DNA of 64,000 bases. Source: Camelus ferus. Lineage: Eukaryota. The notes beneath the pieces were generated by a model, which was not told the origin of the DNA, did not search any database, and worked only from the letters and a program-made list of their open reading frames with translations. Within the stretch, counting starts at the first letter, position 1, and each line of letters begins with the position of its first letter. The DNA lies in the NCBI RefSeq assembly GCF_009834535.1, contig NC_045713.1:18786001-18850000 (forward strand), written 5' to 3'. The position numbers and the translations under genes were made by a program. This document shows, one piece after another, positions 14,251-25,817 of this stretch.

Positions 14251-14888
14251 CTGGAGAGACGGGTCAGGAGAGGAAGCACATGAGACAGAGTCAGCACAAT
14301 CTAGAGAGAGGAGCAGTGGGTCCATAAACAAGAGTGAGGAGACAGAGTCGGGAGAAGCTCAGCGACATCTGGCTGAGAAACAGACCTAGGCAGACAGAGG
14401 AGCAGAGAGGACCCAGAAAGGGTGAGAGGAGTCAGATGGCCACTGGCCAGAGAGACGGGGGCCCACCTCGGTCCGCAACCAGGTCTTCCTTCCTGCTCAG
14501 AATCTCCAGCCCCCTTCTGGAAGCTCCATTTCCCTCTCAGACTCTAGGGTGCCTCAGACAAAAGGGCCCCAAGGGCTTCTTTCCTCCTGTCTCAGTCCCT
14601 TAGGTCTTGCTTGGAAGAGGAAGTGCTGGGTGAGGAAATGAGAGCCTCCCTGCCCAGCCCGGCCCCCGTGTGTGTGACCCGCTCCCAGCCACCTCGGCTG
14701 GCACCCTGGATGCTGCTTCCCCCAACAACTCCCCTTGGAGCTGGGCTTGCTCTCTGAGGCTCCCCCGAGCTTGCTGTTGTGCCGGGTCTCAGGTGCCACC
14801 CCTGCACCTGTCCCTGCCTCTCCAGCTTTGCTCTGTCTCTGTCCCCCCATGTCCCCCACCTGCAGGGGCTGCCTCACTCCCTACCTCA

Positions 14889-14980
14889 CCTCTGTCAGTC
14901 CCTGGGCTTCTGGCTCAACTTTGGAGTTGCTCTTCCCTGTGTGAGCAGAGGGTGCAGGGCAGTTGTCTCTGATGAAGGCG
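14889..14980 (-). other. C16orf54: Candidate non-coding exon 1 of C16orf54 (5' end approximate)
   Basis: Minus-strand donor CAGAG|GTGAGG at 14889/14888. Inferred from the lack of a 5'UTR in the coding exon. Confidence 0.4.
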
Positions 14981-15067
14981 GAAAGGAGGGCACCACCTAT
15001 TGTTGAGCAACCGTGCCCTGGGTCCCCCAGCACCCCCGTGGAATGTTTCCAAGGCAACCTGAGGGGA

Positions 15068-15098
15068 TGTGGTCACTGCGGTGGGGAGGCGTTTCCTG
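15068..15098. promoter_or_regulatory. Tandem RUNX motifs plus ETS motif upstream of C16orf54
   Basis: TGTGGT at 15068-15073, TGCGGT at 15077-15082 and TTTCCTG (CAGGAAA) at about 15092-15098. Confidence 0.5.
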
Positions 15099-16140
15099 GC
15101 AAGAGGTGGGGCCGGAATGGGCAGTGGCTCTTTTGAACTCAGTGTCACCCCATAGCCAGGCCCCAGGCCCAACATGCACTCGGAGGCCAAGAAAGAAAGA
15201 GACTGGCCCATCCAGAACACCAAGTGTCCTCGCTCTGCCTACTCCCAGGTGGTTTCCCTGCCCCTGCTGTGCGCACTGGGCCCCACCAAACCCACTCCTG
15301 CAACCTGCCCCACCGTGCCTTCCTGCTTGTCCCACCTTCTCCATGCTTTTCATGAATGTATATCTCCTTGTCTTCAGACCATTTAGCCTCAATTTTGGTT
15401 GGAAAATATCTGTGAGGTGAGGCTTGGGTAGCAAAAAATGTCAGGTCTCTGGGAAGGATCCAGGCTAAAAAACAGGCTGAGGCCCATCTCCAAGATAACA
15501 GACATTCGCCATCTGGTCTTTCTCCTGGCGCTTAGGGTCGGAGGAACCTGGGGCCAGGGTGTGACAGAGCATCTCAGCTCCTAGACTGGAGGCCTTTCAG
15601 AGATTGTTTAGTTTGGCTCACTCACTGACAGCTGATGACAGGGAAGCCCTAAAAGGGCAGTGTTAGGCCTTAAGTCACACATCTCACATATGTCTGAGGA
15701 CTGGGGAAACACAGGCATAAATTCCTGGTGTGGCAAGCCACCTGTACAACACAATTCTTCCTAGGTGCGTTAACATTTTGTTTTGCAAAATGACAGCCAT
15801 TTAATGTGAAAGGCTACAAAAATATGTTGAAATGTTAGTGTCTTACAAAAGATGGTCACAAGGGTAGCCTGACTCAGATTGCTTTGTCCTAGAGGTTTTG
15901 AGGGATGGCCAGAAGGCGCACAAAGTGTGACAGGGGGTGGCAGTAAGTGGAAGAAAGAGCCCCAAGGCTCTGGGCCTTATGACATATGCAGAAACCTGAT
16001 GACATTAGAATTGAATGAGATTATAGGCCTTAAAATAAAACCTGAACTTAATTTAATATCACTGAACAGGACACTTAAAAATGGTTATGATGGTAAATTT
16101 TGTTATATGTGTTTATGACAATAAAAATTTTATTTTCATG

Positions 16141-17452
16141 TTTTTCTTTTTAACTTTTTTTATAGTTATAGTCGTTTTACAATGTTGTGTCAAATTCCAG
16201 TGTAGAGCACAATTTTTCAGTTATACATGAACATACATACATTCATTGTCACATTCTTTTTTGCTGTGAGCTAACACTAGATCTTGTATACATTTCCCTG
16301 TGCCACACAGTACAATCTTGTTTATCTATTCTGCATATGCCTGTCAGTATCTACAAATTTTGAACTCCCAGTCTGTCTCTTCCCACCCGCCTCCCCCTTG
16401 GCAACCACAAGTTTGTATTCTATGTCTATGAGTCTGTTTCTGTTTTGTATTTATGTTTTTTTTTTTTTTAGATTCCACATATGAGTGATCTCATATGGTA
16501 TTTTTCTTTCTCTTTCTGGCTTACTTCACTTAGAATGACATTCTCCAGGGACATCCATGTTGCTGCAANNNNNNNNNNNNNNNNNNNNNNNNNNNNNNNN
16601 NNNNNNNNNNNNNNNNNNNNNNNNNNNNNNNNNNNNNNNNNNNNNNNNNNNNNNNNNNNNNNNNNNNNNNNNNNNNNNNNNNNNNNNNNNNNNNNNNNNN
16701 NNNNNNNNNNNNNNNNNNNNNNNNTTTTGAAGTAGGGTTCCTTCTGGATATATGCCCAGGAGTGGGATTCCTGGGTCATATGGTAGGTCTATTCCTAGTC
16801 TTTTGAGGAATCTCCATACTCCACAGTGGCTGCACCAAACTGCATTCCCACCAGCAGTGTAGGAGGGTCCCCTTTTCTCCACAGCCTCTCTAGCATTTGT
16901 TATTTGTGGACTTTTGAATGATAGCGATTCTGGTTGGTGTGAGGTGATACCTCATGGTCGTTTTGATTTACATTTCTCTGATAATTAGTGATATTGAGCA
17001 TTTTTTTCAGTGAAGCTAGAGCACTCCCTTACACCATACACAAAGATAAACTCAAAATGGATCAAAAACTTAAACATAAGACAAGATACAATAAACCTCC
17101 TAGAAGAAAACATAGGCAAAACATTATCTCATATACATGTCAGAAATGTTCTCCTAGGGCAGTCTACTCAAGCAATANNNNNNNNNNNNNNNNNNNNNNN
17201 NNNNNNNNNNNNNNNNNNNNNNNNNNNNNNNNNNNNNNNNNNNNNNNNNNNNNNNNNNNNNNNNNNNNNNNNNNNNNNNNNNNNNNNNNNNNNNNNNNNN
17301 NNNNNNNNCAAAGGCTTGATCTCCAGAATATACAAGCAGCTTACTACTTAATAAGAAAAAAACAAACAACCCAATCCAAAAATGGGCAGAAGAGCTAAAC
17401 AAGCAATTTTCCAAGGAAGAAACATAAATGATCAATAGGCACATGAAAAAAG
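16141..17452 (-). mobile_element. 5'-inverted (twin-primed) L1 insertion
   Basis: 16141-17009 is an antisense L1 3' end. 17010-17452 is sense ORF2 ([18 protein letters not shown]...) and stops at CACATGAAAAAAG, where the antisense part begins (GAAAAAAATGCTCAATATC). Confidence 0.85.
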
Positions 17453-17679
17453 TTTTATTTTTAAAAGAAATTTCAAATAAATAAAACCTGAAAATTGTTA
17501 TGTATGTTCTCTTGCAATTAGTCTTTAAAAAAATAGAAGCACTAGAGGGGTAAACGTTATTAAAAACCAGAAAGATCAGACATGATTTTTTTTGTTCCTA
17601 AGGCATCAAACTGGCTGATTCTTCACTGTCTTTCATCACTTACAGAAAGGCTTTAAAAGTTTTAACTGGTTCCCCTAAG

Positions 17680-18335
17680 AAATTAAACATAGAATTACCA
17701 TATGATCCAGCAATTATATGTCTACATTGTGCAATAGAACTGAAAGCAGAGACTCAAACAGATATTTTCATACTGATGTTTATACCAGTGTTATTCACAG
17801 AAGTCAAAAGGTGGAAACGACTCATCTGTCCATTGATGGATGAATGGATAAACAAAATGCGATATATATATGTATATATAAAATATATAACATAGTATTT
17901 ATATTCTGTATAAAATATTATTCAGGCCTAAAAAGGAATTAAATTCTGAAATACGCTGCAACATGGATGAACCTTGAAAACATTATGCCAAGTGAAATAA
18001 GCCAGTCACAAAGGGACAAATACTGTATAATTCCACTTATTTAAAGTCCCTAGAATAGTCAAACTCATAGAGGAAGAAAGTAGAATGGTGGGTGCCAGGG
18101 GCTAGGGGAAGCAGGGATAGGAAGTTAGTATTTAATGGGTATAGAATTTCAGTTTGAGGAGATGAAAAGATTCTGGANNNNNNNNNNNNNNNNNNNNNNN
18201 NNNNNNNNNNNNNNNNNNNNNNNNNNNNNNNNNNNNNNNNNNNNNNNNNNNNNNNNNNNNNNNNNNNNNNNNNNNNNNNNNNNNNNNNNNNNNNNNNNNN
18301 NNNNNNNNNNNNNNNNNNNCCACAATGAGAACTTT
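17680..18335 (+). mobile_element. Old L1M 3' fragment (partly N)
   Basis: AAATTAAACATAGAATTACCATATGATCCAGCAATT...CATGGATGAACCTTGAAAACATTATGC. Confidence 0.75.
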
Positions 18336-18825
18336 ATTTTTTCCAGATTTTTTTAGTTTTTTTTTAATTTAAAAAACATTTCTTACTGAAGTATAGTTGA
18401 TTTACAACGTTGTGACCACAATGAAAACTTTAAATAATAATACAGAAAATTGACACATCGAGAAGAAAATTATTATAATCTCCTCACTCCCAAATAAACC
18501 TGCATTCTTTTTTACAGGCTTCTGCAGGGTTGGGATCAGAACCCAGGTGTCCTGACCCCTAAGTTCCTCCCACACCACCACTCAAGAAATTCTGAAAAAA
18601 GGAATCAGGAAGTTACTCAAGGAGTGTGTGTAATAGGGTAGCCTCTGGGTCAGAAGTCTAGAAAACAGGCCTTTGGGGAGGTGTCTTCCAGTTGGAATTT
18701 TGGAGTCAGGGATGAGCCTGGCTGTGCCTGGTACCAGCAAAACTTGATTTCTCATAGACAAGGCAGCTGGACTATGCGCTGCTGTGTGCAGAGTTCTGCC
18801 CGTAGTGCTCCTTGTTTCTAAGTGT

Positions 18826-19508
18826 ATGTGGTGGTTTAAAAATATGTCTTCAAATTCCTTTTCACTCCTCCTGTTAAAGGTAGTATCTAATCCCCTGACT
18901 CTTGAATATGGGCTAGCTAGTGACTTTTTTTTTAACAAACCATTTTTTAAATCTTTATCTTTTTGTTGTTTTGTTTGGTTTTTTTTGGAGGGGTAATTAG
19001 GTTTGTGTATTTATTTTAATGGAGGTACTGGGGATTGAACCCAGGACCTCATGCATGCCAGCATGCACTCTACTGCTGAGCCATACCCTTCCCACCATCA
19101 CTTCTAATGACTAGAATATGGTGGGAGTGACAGTATGGCTTCCAAGGCTAGGTTAAAAATAGGGATAGAGTTGTTCCCATCTGACTTGGTCTCTTTCCCT
19201 TTTCTTCTCTTTCTCTCTCTGGCACCATGTGTGAAGAAGCTTAAGACACAAATAGGTGCCCTGGTTAAAGTCCCAGCTAGGGTCCCAGCTGACAGCCAGC
19301 CTCAACTCCCTAACTCATAAGCGAGCTCCTTTCTAGATGACTCCAGCCTCAGCCTTCAAGCCACCTCAGCTGACGCCAAGTAGAACAGAGATGAGCTATC
19401 CCCACTCAGCCCTGCCCAAAATGCAGATTCATGAGAAAAATAAACATTGCTTTCTTAGGTCACTAAGTTTGAGGGTGGTTTGTAACAGGGAAATAGATAT
19501 CTGGAACA
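18826..19508 (+). mobile_element. MaLR (MLT1-type) solo LTR interrupted by a SINE
   Basis: Starts TGTGGTGGTTTAAAAATATG and ends CACTAAGTTTGAGGGTGGTTTGTAACAGGGAAATAGATATCTGGAACA, with AATAAA near the 3' end. Confidence 0.7.
18960..19093 (-). mobile_element. tRNA-Ala-derived SINE (vic-1-like)
   Basis: GGAGGTACTGGGGATTGAACCCAGGACCTCATGCATGCCAGCATGCACTCTACTGCTGAGCCATACCC with a T-rich tail on the left. Confidence 0.85.
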
Positions 19509-19514
19509 TTCTAC

Positions 19515-20300
19515 ATCAATGGTTCTCACCAGGTGAGCAACGACAGTGCTTCAGAATCACCTGTGGGGCCTTCAACTCTTCATCCCTGTTCTCCCCACAC
19601 TGCACCCCTATTCTATCACACTGTCTTGGGGCCTGGATTGGGGGTGGTGAGGAGGAACTCGGCAGCCACAAGAGCACTGAGTTGGTTGTAATCCCACAGG
19701 TGATTCAGATATGCCCTCCCTCTGGTTGAAATCCACTAGACGGGCTCTGTCCAATACAATAGCTGTTGGCCACATGTGGTTCTTCAAATTAATTCAAATA
19801 AAATAAAGTAAAAGATTCAGTTCTTCAGTCTCACTAATTACATTTCATTTCATTAATCTGCTAATTACACTGCAGCTAGTGGCTACTGTATTGGACAGCG
19901 CATCTGCAGACCATTTCTGCCATCACAGAAAGTTCTCTTGGACAGTGCTGCACAGAACCTGGCTTCCCAGAATGGGCTGAGGACCAGGTTAGCATCACCC
20001 GGGACAGCATCAGAATGCAAACTCTCAAGCTCTGCCTAGACCTACTGAATCAGAAGCTGCATCTTATCAGGATACCCGTGATGTGCAGGCACGTGAGTGT
20101 TTGAAAAGCACAGCACTAGCCAGCAGGTCTAAACCTTGGGGTGCACGTTAGAAGCACCTGGGGAGATTTTTTTTTAAAAGCCTGAGGCTGAAGTCACACC
20201 TCAGACCAAGTAAATCAGAATCTCCTGGGGCAGGGGGGACCCAGGCATCAGTCATCGCTAAGGTTTTCCAGGTGATTTCAATGTGTAGCCAAGGTTGAGA
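19515..20300. mobile_element. Cluster of hAT-Charlie MITEs (MER5-like, MER3-like, MER5A-like, MER5-like)
   Basis: Motifs include CAGTGCTTCAGAATCACCTG, GTCCAATACAATAGC...GTGGCTACTGTATTGGACAG, AGACCTACTGAATCAGAA and CAGGTGATTTCAATGTGTAGCCAAGGTTGAGA. Confidence 0.65.
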
Positions 20301-22271
20301 CCTCCTGCCCTAAGTCTGTATCCTCTGAGGGGTCAAATAGCTTCCGCCCTGCAGTGGGCGCTTGTTGGATTGCTTGACTGGTGCCATTATTTGAGGAATT
20401 GTCTTTTCTGAGTGGTGGCAGTAAGAGCTGTTGTATTCCTACAACATCAGCTCCCCCTACTCCCTTAACCATGAGTTACTGGGTGGAATGCCTCAGGCAG
20501 GCTGGACCAATTAGTTCTTTCCCTTGGAATTTTGGAAGTGAGACTGAATGTCTCCAGGTAACTGAATCTGTTAGATGTGAAAGTTGGGAACTGTCAGTGT
20601 TCCCTCTCCCATCACAGGGAACTGAGAGAAGAGTATTGGAGAAAAAGAGATGTCTGATGGTGTTTGAGTCTCTGATTTCAGTTCCTTCCAGATTCCCAGC
20701 CTTATTCTTGTCCTTGGGTTCATGAGTCCTTATGATAAACGTCTCTTTGTGCTTAATAGTTTGGGCCGGGTTTCTGTGACCTGCAACCCCAAAATGCTAA
20801 TTTATATGCTCCTAGGTGTGTTAATTACATTGCAGAACAGAATTTCCAACTAGATTGGGGGTGCAGATAACTCAAAGGTAGTAAGTAAAAACTAGCTTTA
20901 CGTACAGAACATTTCTTTTTTGTACTTTTCTGTATTTGTGTAATATTTCATAATAGTAGGAAGGCTTCCTGGATAAAACTCTCTGATTTCTTTGGGGTGC
21001 GGTCAGACAGGAGAGGGGAAGAAGCAGGCTTTCCCAGCAGTGCAGCCTCTCTGGGGAAACCTGTGTTTGCAAAACTGGAGTTCTGGGCTATGTCTTCTCC
21101 AGTTAGGGAACGTGGGCCACAAAGGAACAGAGATTTGGGGGGTTGGTGAGCTACCCTCTGGGATTCTGCTGTCTTTCAGCCTAAAGGACTTGCTAACTGA
21201 TTGCCAGGTACCTCCTTCACTTCTGCTTGGATCCCACCTGCCCAGTCTGGCCATCCTTACTTCTTAACAGTTCTCTGAGGCCCAGAACTGAGCCCCATCA
21301 GGAGATAACGACTTGATGGATGTCGAGGCAATCAGTTGAGCTGAGTGTGCTTGGAGGCAGCTTTTGTGGGTCCCATTTCTCTGCCATGATGCCACTTGGC
21401 AAGTCAGTGAAGTATGTTCCAGAATGAGGCTTTCAGTGGCCAGCACCTGAACCTACACCCTGTGACACACTGCTGCCCTCCAGATGTTTCTAGAAGAAAG
21501 GAGGGCCCAAGAGGCGACCACAACTTTCCCAACTCCTATCGATAATGGGCCTGATCATACTCAGTTCTTAGCCTGATTTTGGTGGAAATGGATGCTCTCA
21601 AGAAAACACTGAACTTCATATCCTCCACAACATACCTGGCCATCACTGCCCCATTCATCAGAAAGGATTACTATTTCCATGGGCTGCTAATCACCTGAGA
21701 TCCAACTGGAGGACTCACTTGTATTCAGGTTTCAGAAAACTCATTCCTCCAAATTCAACCATCTTCTAGCACTCCTGTCTCCATGCCAAGGGGTCTCACC
21801 TGGATCCCAAACACATCACTGTCGCACTTTCTACAGGTAGCAAGACTGGGAGACCAAACTTTATCTATTTATTATTATTTCTACTGAGCAATAATTTGCA
21901 TACTATAAATTTCACCTTTTAAAGTATGCTATTCAGTAGTTTTTAGTGTATTCACAAGATTGAGCAACCATAAGCACTTACCTAATTTCAGAACATTTTC
22001 ATCACCCCAAAAGGAAATCCTATACCCATTAGTGGTCACTCCCCCTCCTCTCCCCCCCCCACCCCCACTTCTGGTAACTACTATCTGCTCTCTATGAATT
22101 TGTCTATTCTGGACATTTCATATAAATGTATTCATGCAATATGTGGTCTTCATGTTTTGCATTTTCACATAGTTTAATGGTTTCAAGGTTCATCCGTGTT
22201 GCAGCATGAGTCAGTACTTCATTCCTTTTTTTTTAATACCTGAATAAATAATATTCCAGCACATAGATATA

Positions 22272-22766
22272 CAAGTTTTCCCCACTCTCTGAAAGTAGAG
22301 CATTCCTGTGAAACCTTCCATATGCTGAAATGGTGTAAAGTGAAGAAGCAATGATCTTAGGACACATCTTACTAATAGCTGCACAAAATAAATCGAGATA
22401 AAGCACAGATACCCACAGGCACAGTTGAAAGCTATGGTGGCTGGATGCTGAGAGGCTGAGTGACGTCTTCCCAGAAGGAGCTTGGCGGTGACACCCCCGT
22501 GTTTGGGGTGCTCCATGCCTCTACAACCACTTGCTGCAAAAGGAACACACCGCGACTCTCACTTTTTGCCTTTTATTGTCAAAGTGAAAGCCTTCGGAAT
22601 TCTTCCGGTCAGCGAAACCCGTACTGATGCAGGTCTTCGGTAAGAGCGAAGTGGCGTAAAGTGAACTGTCCAGAAGGGCGGGGGACGCTTGTGCTGCATT
22701 TTGTTCCTCCGTTCCTCAGCTGATGGCCATGCGGCGGCTTTCACTCTTCGGCTATCACAGGTACTG
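22272..22766. mobile_element. Tigger-like DNA transposon relic inserted in an old antisense L1M
   Basis: Begins CAAGTTTTCCCCACTCTCTGAAAGTAGAGCATTCCTGTGAAACC (Tigger5/MER47-like as recalled). The L1M sequence resumes at CTGCTAGGAACATTC. Confidence 0.5.
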
Positions 22767-23543
22767 CTGCTAGGAACATTCAGGTACAGGTGTCTGTGGG
22801 GGCATATGTTTTCAATGTCTCTTCAGTATATACCTAGGAGTAGAACTTCTTGGTCATATAGTAGTTCTGTGTGTAACTTTTTGAGGAACTGTGGGTGGCC
22901 CAATTTACAAGTGCTGAGTTCATCTACTTCTTACTTTCTGCTCAGAACTCCACGCTCCTCCAGCAACAACAGCTCCACACCGCCCCCTCCACAGTGTTGG
23001 GTACCACTAGGAACCTGGCTCCTGGGCAAAACGCGGAGGCCACCAACCTCAGGCAAGGAAGAACCAGCAGCGGACACCAGAGCAGGCAATTCTTTGGGGA
23101 GACTCTCCTCTCCTCCTGCCATGCTCATGCTACCCATCTTGGCTGAAGCTTAAAGACTTCTGCTTAAGCAATGTTACTGACACCAGAGTTCTGGACTTTA
23201 TGCTTCAAGCGGGCTTCACCCATGCCCCCACAAGCCCCATCTCACCGCTGCCTACGAGCATGGTGTGCTTGGACCTTGCCACGCCCACCTGGGGACCAGA
23301 GGCAGCGTGAGGGATAACTAGGAACTTCATGATTTTTCTCATTTCCACTGGATGGAGCCACTCCTTAGAACATGAGACTATTGTTTTACTTGTGCACACT
23401 TCATCGATATAAAAACATTTCCTTGGCTCTCACCATGCACCAGGCAGTGTTCTGGAGTGAACTCTAAGAGGTGGGTACATCTACCACCTTTTCTTTTAAG
23501 ATGAGAAAACAGAAGCAGAGAGAAGTAAAATAACTTGCTCCAG

Positions 23544-23648
23544 GTGCTCACTTCAGCAGCACATATACTAAAATTGTAGAAAAAGAGAAGATTAATATGG
23601 CCGCTGTGTAAGGATGGCATGCACGTTGGTGAAGTGTCTCATATTTTT
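23544..23648 (+). pseudogene. Full-length U6 snRNA retropseudogene
   Basis: GTGCTCACTTCAGCAGCACATATACTAAAATTG...AGAGAAGATTAATATGGCC...AAGGATG...GTGAAGTGTCTCATATTTTT is colinear with U6 but has many substitutions and CpG decay. No PSE/TATA context upstream. Confidence 0.93.
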
Positions 23649-23899
23649 GTGACTGAATCTCTACAAATTCTTATCAAGGGGGAAGGCAATGCTTAAGTCT
23701 GCATCACAATCACCCTTCCTTACTGCGTGCTTCTCCTGGTAACTTATTGTCTCGTCCCATCCTCAACATCCTCTTTTGTCTTTAGCTGAAGATAGTATTT
23801 AAGGTGAGGGCTTCAGCCATTTTGACAAGTTACCTAGTTTTTCTGGGTCTCTCCCATGTATGTATATGTGTTATTAAACTTTTGGTTTTTCTCCTGTTT
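23649..23899 (+). mobile_element. ERV1-type LTR U3-R fragment ending at its poly(A) site
   Basis: TATA-like TATTTAA at 23796-23802, CAGCCATTTTG, ATTAAA at 23873-23878, then TTTGGTTTTTCTCCTGTT and an A-run from 23900. Confidence 0.55.
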
Positions 23900-23914
23900 A
23901 AAAAAATAAATAGA

Positions 23915-24034
23915 GGGGGAGGGTATAGCTCAGTGGTAGAGCACATGCTTAGCATGCACAAGGTCCTGGGTTCAATGCCAGTACCTCCCTTTAAAAAAGT
24001 AAATCAATATAACAAAAATTTTAATTTAATTAAA
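23915..24034 (+). mobile_element. tRNA-Ala-derived SINE (vic-1-like)
   Basis: GGGGGAGGGTATAGCTCAGTGGTAGAGCACATGCTTAGCATGCACAAGGTCCTGGGTTCAATGCCAGTACCTCC plus an A/T-rich tail. Confidence 0.9.
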
Positions 24035-25714
24035 AAAACTAACTAACCAGGCTCATAGCTTCTGAGTAGCAGTGGCTGGATTCCAGCAGTCTGTACTCTT
24101 CCCCAGCACGTCACGCTATCTCTGTCTTAATGCATTTGCAGAATGCATCATGCATGAGAGCAGATGACTGAACCTTATGTGATGTGTAAAGGAAACCAAA
24201 TCTGCTCCTATTCTTAGATGAATTCTTCCTGACTCATAGCAAGAATGAATGCATCCTGGTGGAATGACCTCACCTCACTCCCACTCTGATAGCAGCTTAT
24301 CCAGCACGTATGAGTCCTGGATGTGGCTGATCCTCAGATGGACGGGGATTTCCTCCCTCTGCATATGACATTATCATATGTTCTGGAGAGTGATTATTTT
24401 TGCAAGGAGGAGGGAAACAAAGGAAAACTAAACTAAACAAAGTGAAAAGTTGTAGCTGATCAAGAAATTCAGTAAAGGGGGTGGAGACTAAAAGCAAAAA
24501 CCCAGAGATTAAAAAAAAAGTTACCACATAATTATATCTTGATAAAAGGAGATTAAAATCAGCTTTCCAAGTGACTTTAACTTCAGTTGTTTAAGCCAAC
24601 TTAACACAAAATTCTTTTTCAAGTCTTATAATGCATTTGACAAGATCTCTGGGATCTGAACTCAAGCTAAACCATAAGATAAAGCTAACTGCAGATGAAA
24701 AAGATAAGGTTGCCTAGACCAACTTTATCTGAAAGAGACCAAAAAGGAAGGCCGTGTTTTGTGAAACTCTCAAGGGAGAAGAGAGTAAACATTAACATTA
24801 CTTCCATGTGCCAGATCTGTGCCCGGGAGTTGACAAAAATTGATTTCATTCTCCCCAGTTTTCAGATGAAGAAACTGAGGCTCAGTAGGTCATGAAGTAA
24901 GTAAGGACTGGAACCAGGCTTTAAACTCATGTCTCTTTATAACACAGTATTCTGTCCATGAATTACTGGTGCATCACTATAAGTGTCTGACTCAAAAAAT
25001 TATTAATTCATTCTGTAATATATATATATATTGACTCATGACACTGTATACCTGAAACTAATATAATGTTATATGTCAATTATATCTGGATTTTAAAAAA
25101 TTATTAACACTGTGCACTTAACCTACCTGAATCTGGGTCTCCAGATTCACTAGTTACTTCCCTAGAAATGATCCTACCCACTTCTAGCCTGACAGTTTTG
25201 AACAAAGAGTATTAGTATATAAAGAAATTGTATTTGTACCTTACCCTTTAAGAAAGGCAGACTTAATTTTTTTCAAGATTGGTTTAAAAAACAACCCTCA
25301 ATTCACAATAGGAAATAACATTTTATATCAGGACCCAGTACACACAGTATAGAGTGTTAACTGCACTATTTCAAGAAACAATATTTAACTTTGTTACATG
25401 CAATGCTCTCTTATTTTCTTTATCATTTCACTTTTAAACTATGCTGCTCTTGAGCTGTTAAGTTGATTTCATGGTGTCACGAATGGGTTAAGACCTACAG
25501 TTTGAAAAACACTGTCTTTGAGGATTTTGGTTGATCTTGAAATTTTTTTCCTCATTTTACAAATGCAGAAATATAGGCTGCAAAGAATGAAGTGACTTCT
25601 TTAAATTCACACAACTAAGAAGAATTAGAGCACCTCATCCCAGAATTCTGTCTTTATGTCCAGTATTCTTCAGAATACAGTTTCTCCAGAGGAGTTATAA
25701 ATAAGAAACTAAAA

Positions 25715-25817
25715 GGGGGAGGGAGGGTATAGCTCAGTGGTAGAGCTCATGCTTAGCATGCACAGTGTCCTAGGTTCAACCCCCAGTACCTTCATTAAAA
25801 AACTAACAAAAAACCCC
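25715..25817 (+). mobile_element. tRNA-Ala-derived SINE (vic-1-like) with TSD
   Basis: tRNA-like head. TSD AAGAAACTAAA at 25703-25713 and 25818-25828. Confidence 0.9.

Noticed and set aside
14251-14331. 27-codon in-frame upstream extension of C16orf54 (MFMDPLLL...)
   Set aside because: It lies in the intron's polypyrimidine tract and acceptor; the spliced exon starts at ATG 14250.
21271-21805. Patchy nucleotide resemblance to ZG16 exon 3 (+, GGCAATCAGTTG) and exon 4 (-, GIQVR...TGGAGGA..TTTCTG)
   Set aside because: The matches need many gaps, fall on opposite strands and have no coherent splice structure. The region looks more like ERV/LTR-derived sequence.
23544-23648. Functional U6 snRNA gene
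   Set aside because: Many substitutions including CpG decay, no upstream PSE/TATA, and it is embedded in a MIR.
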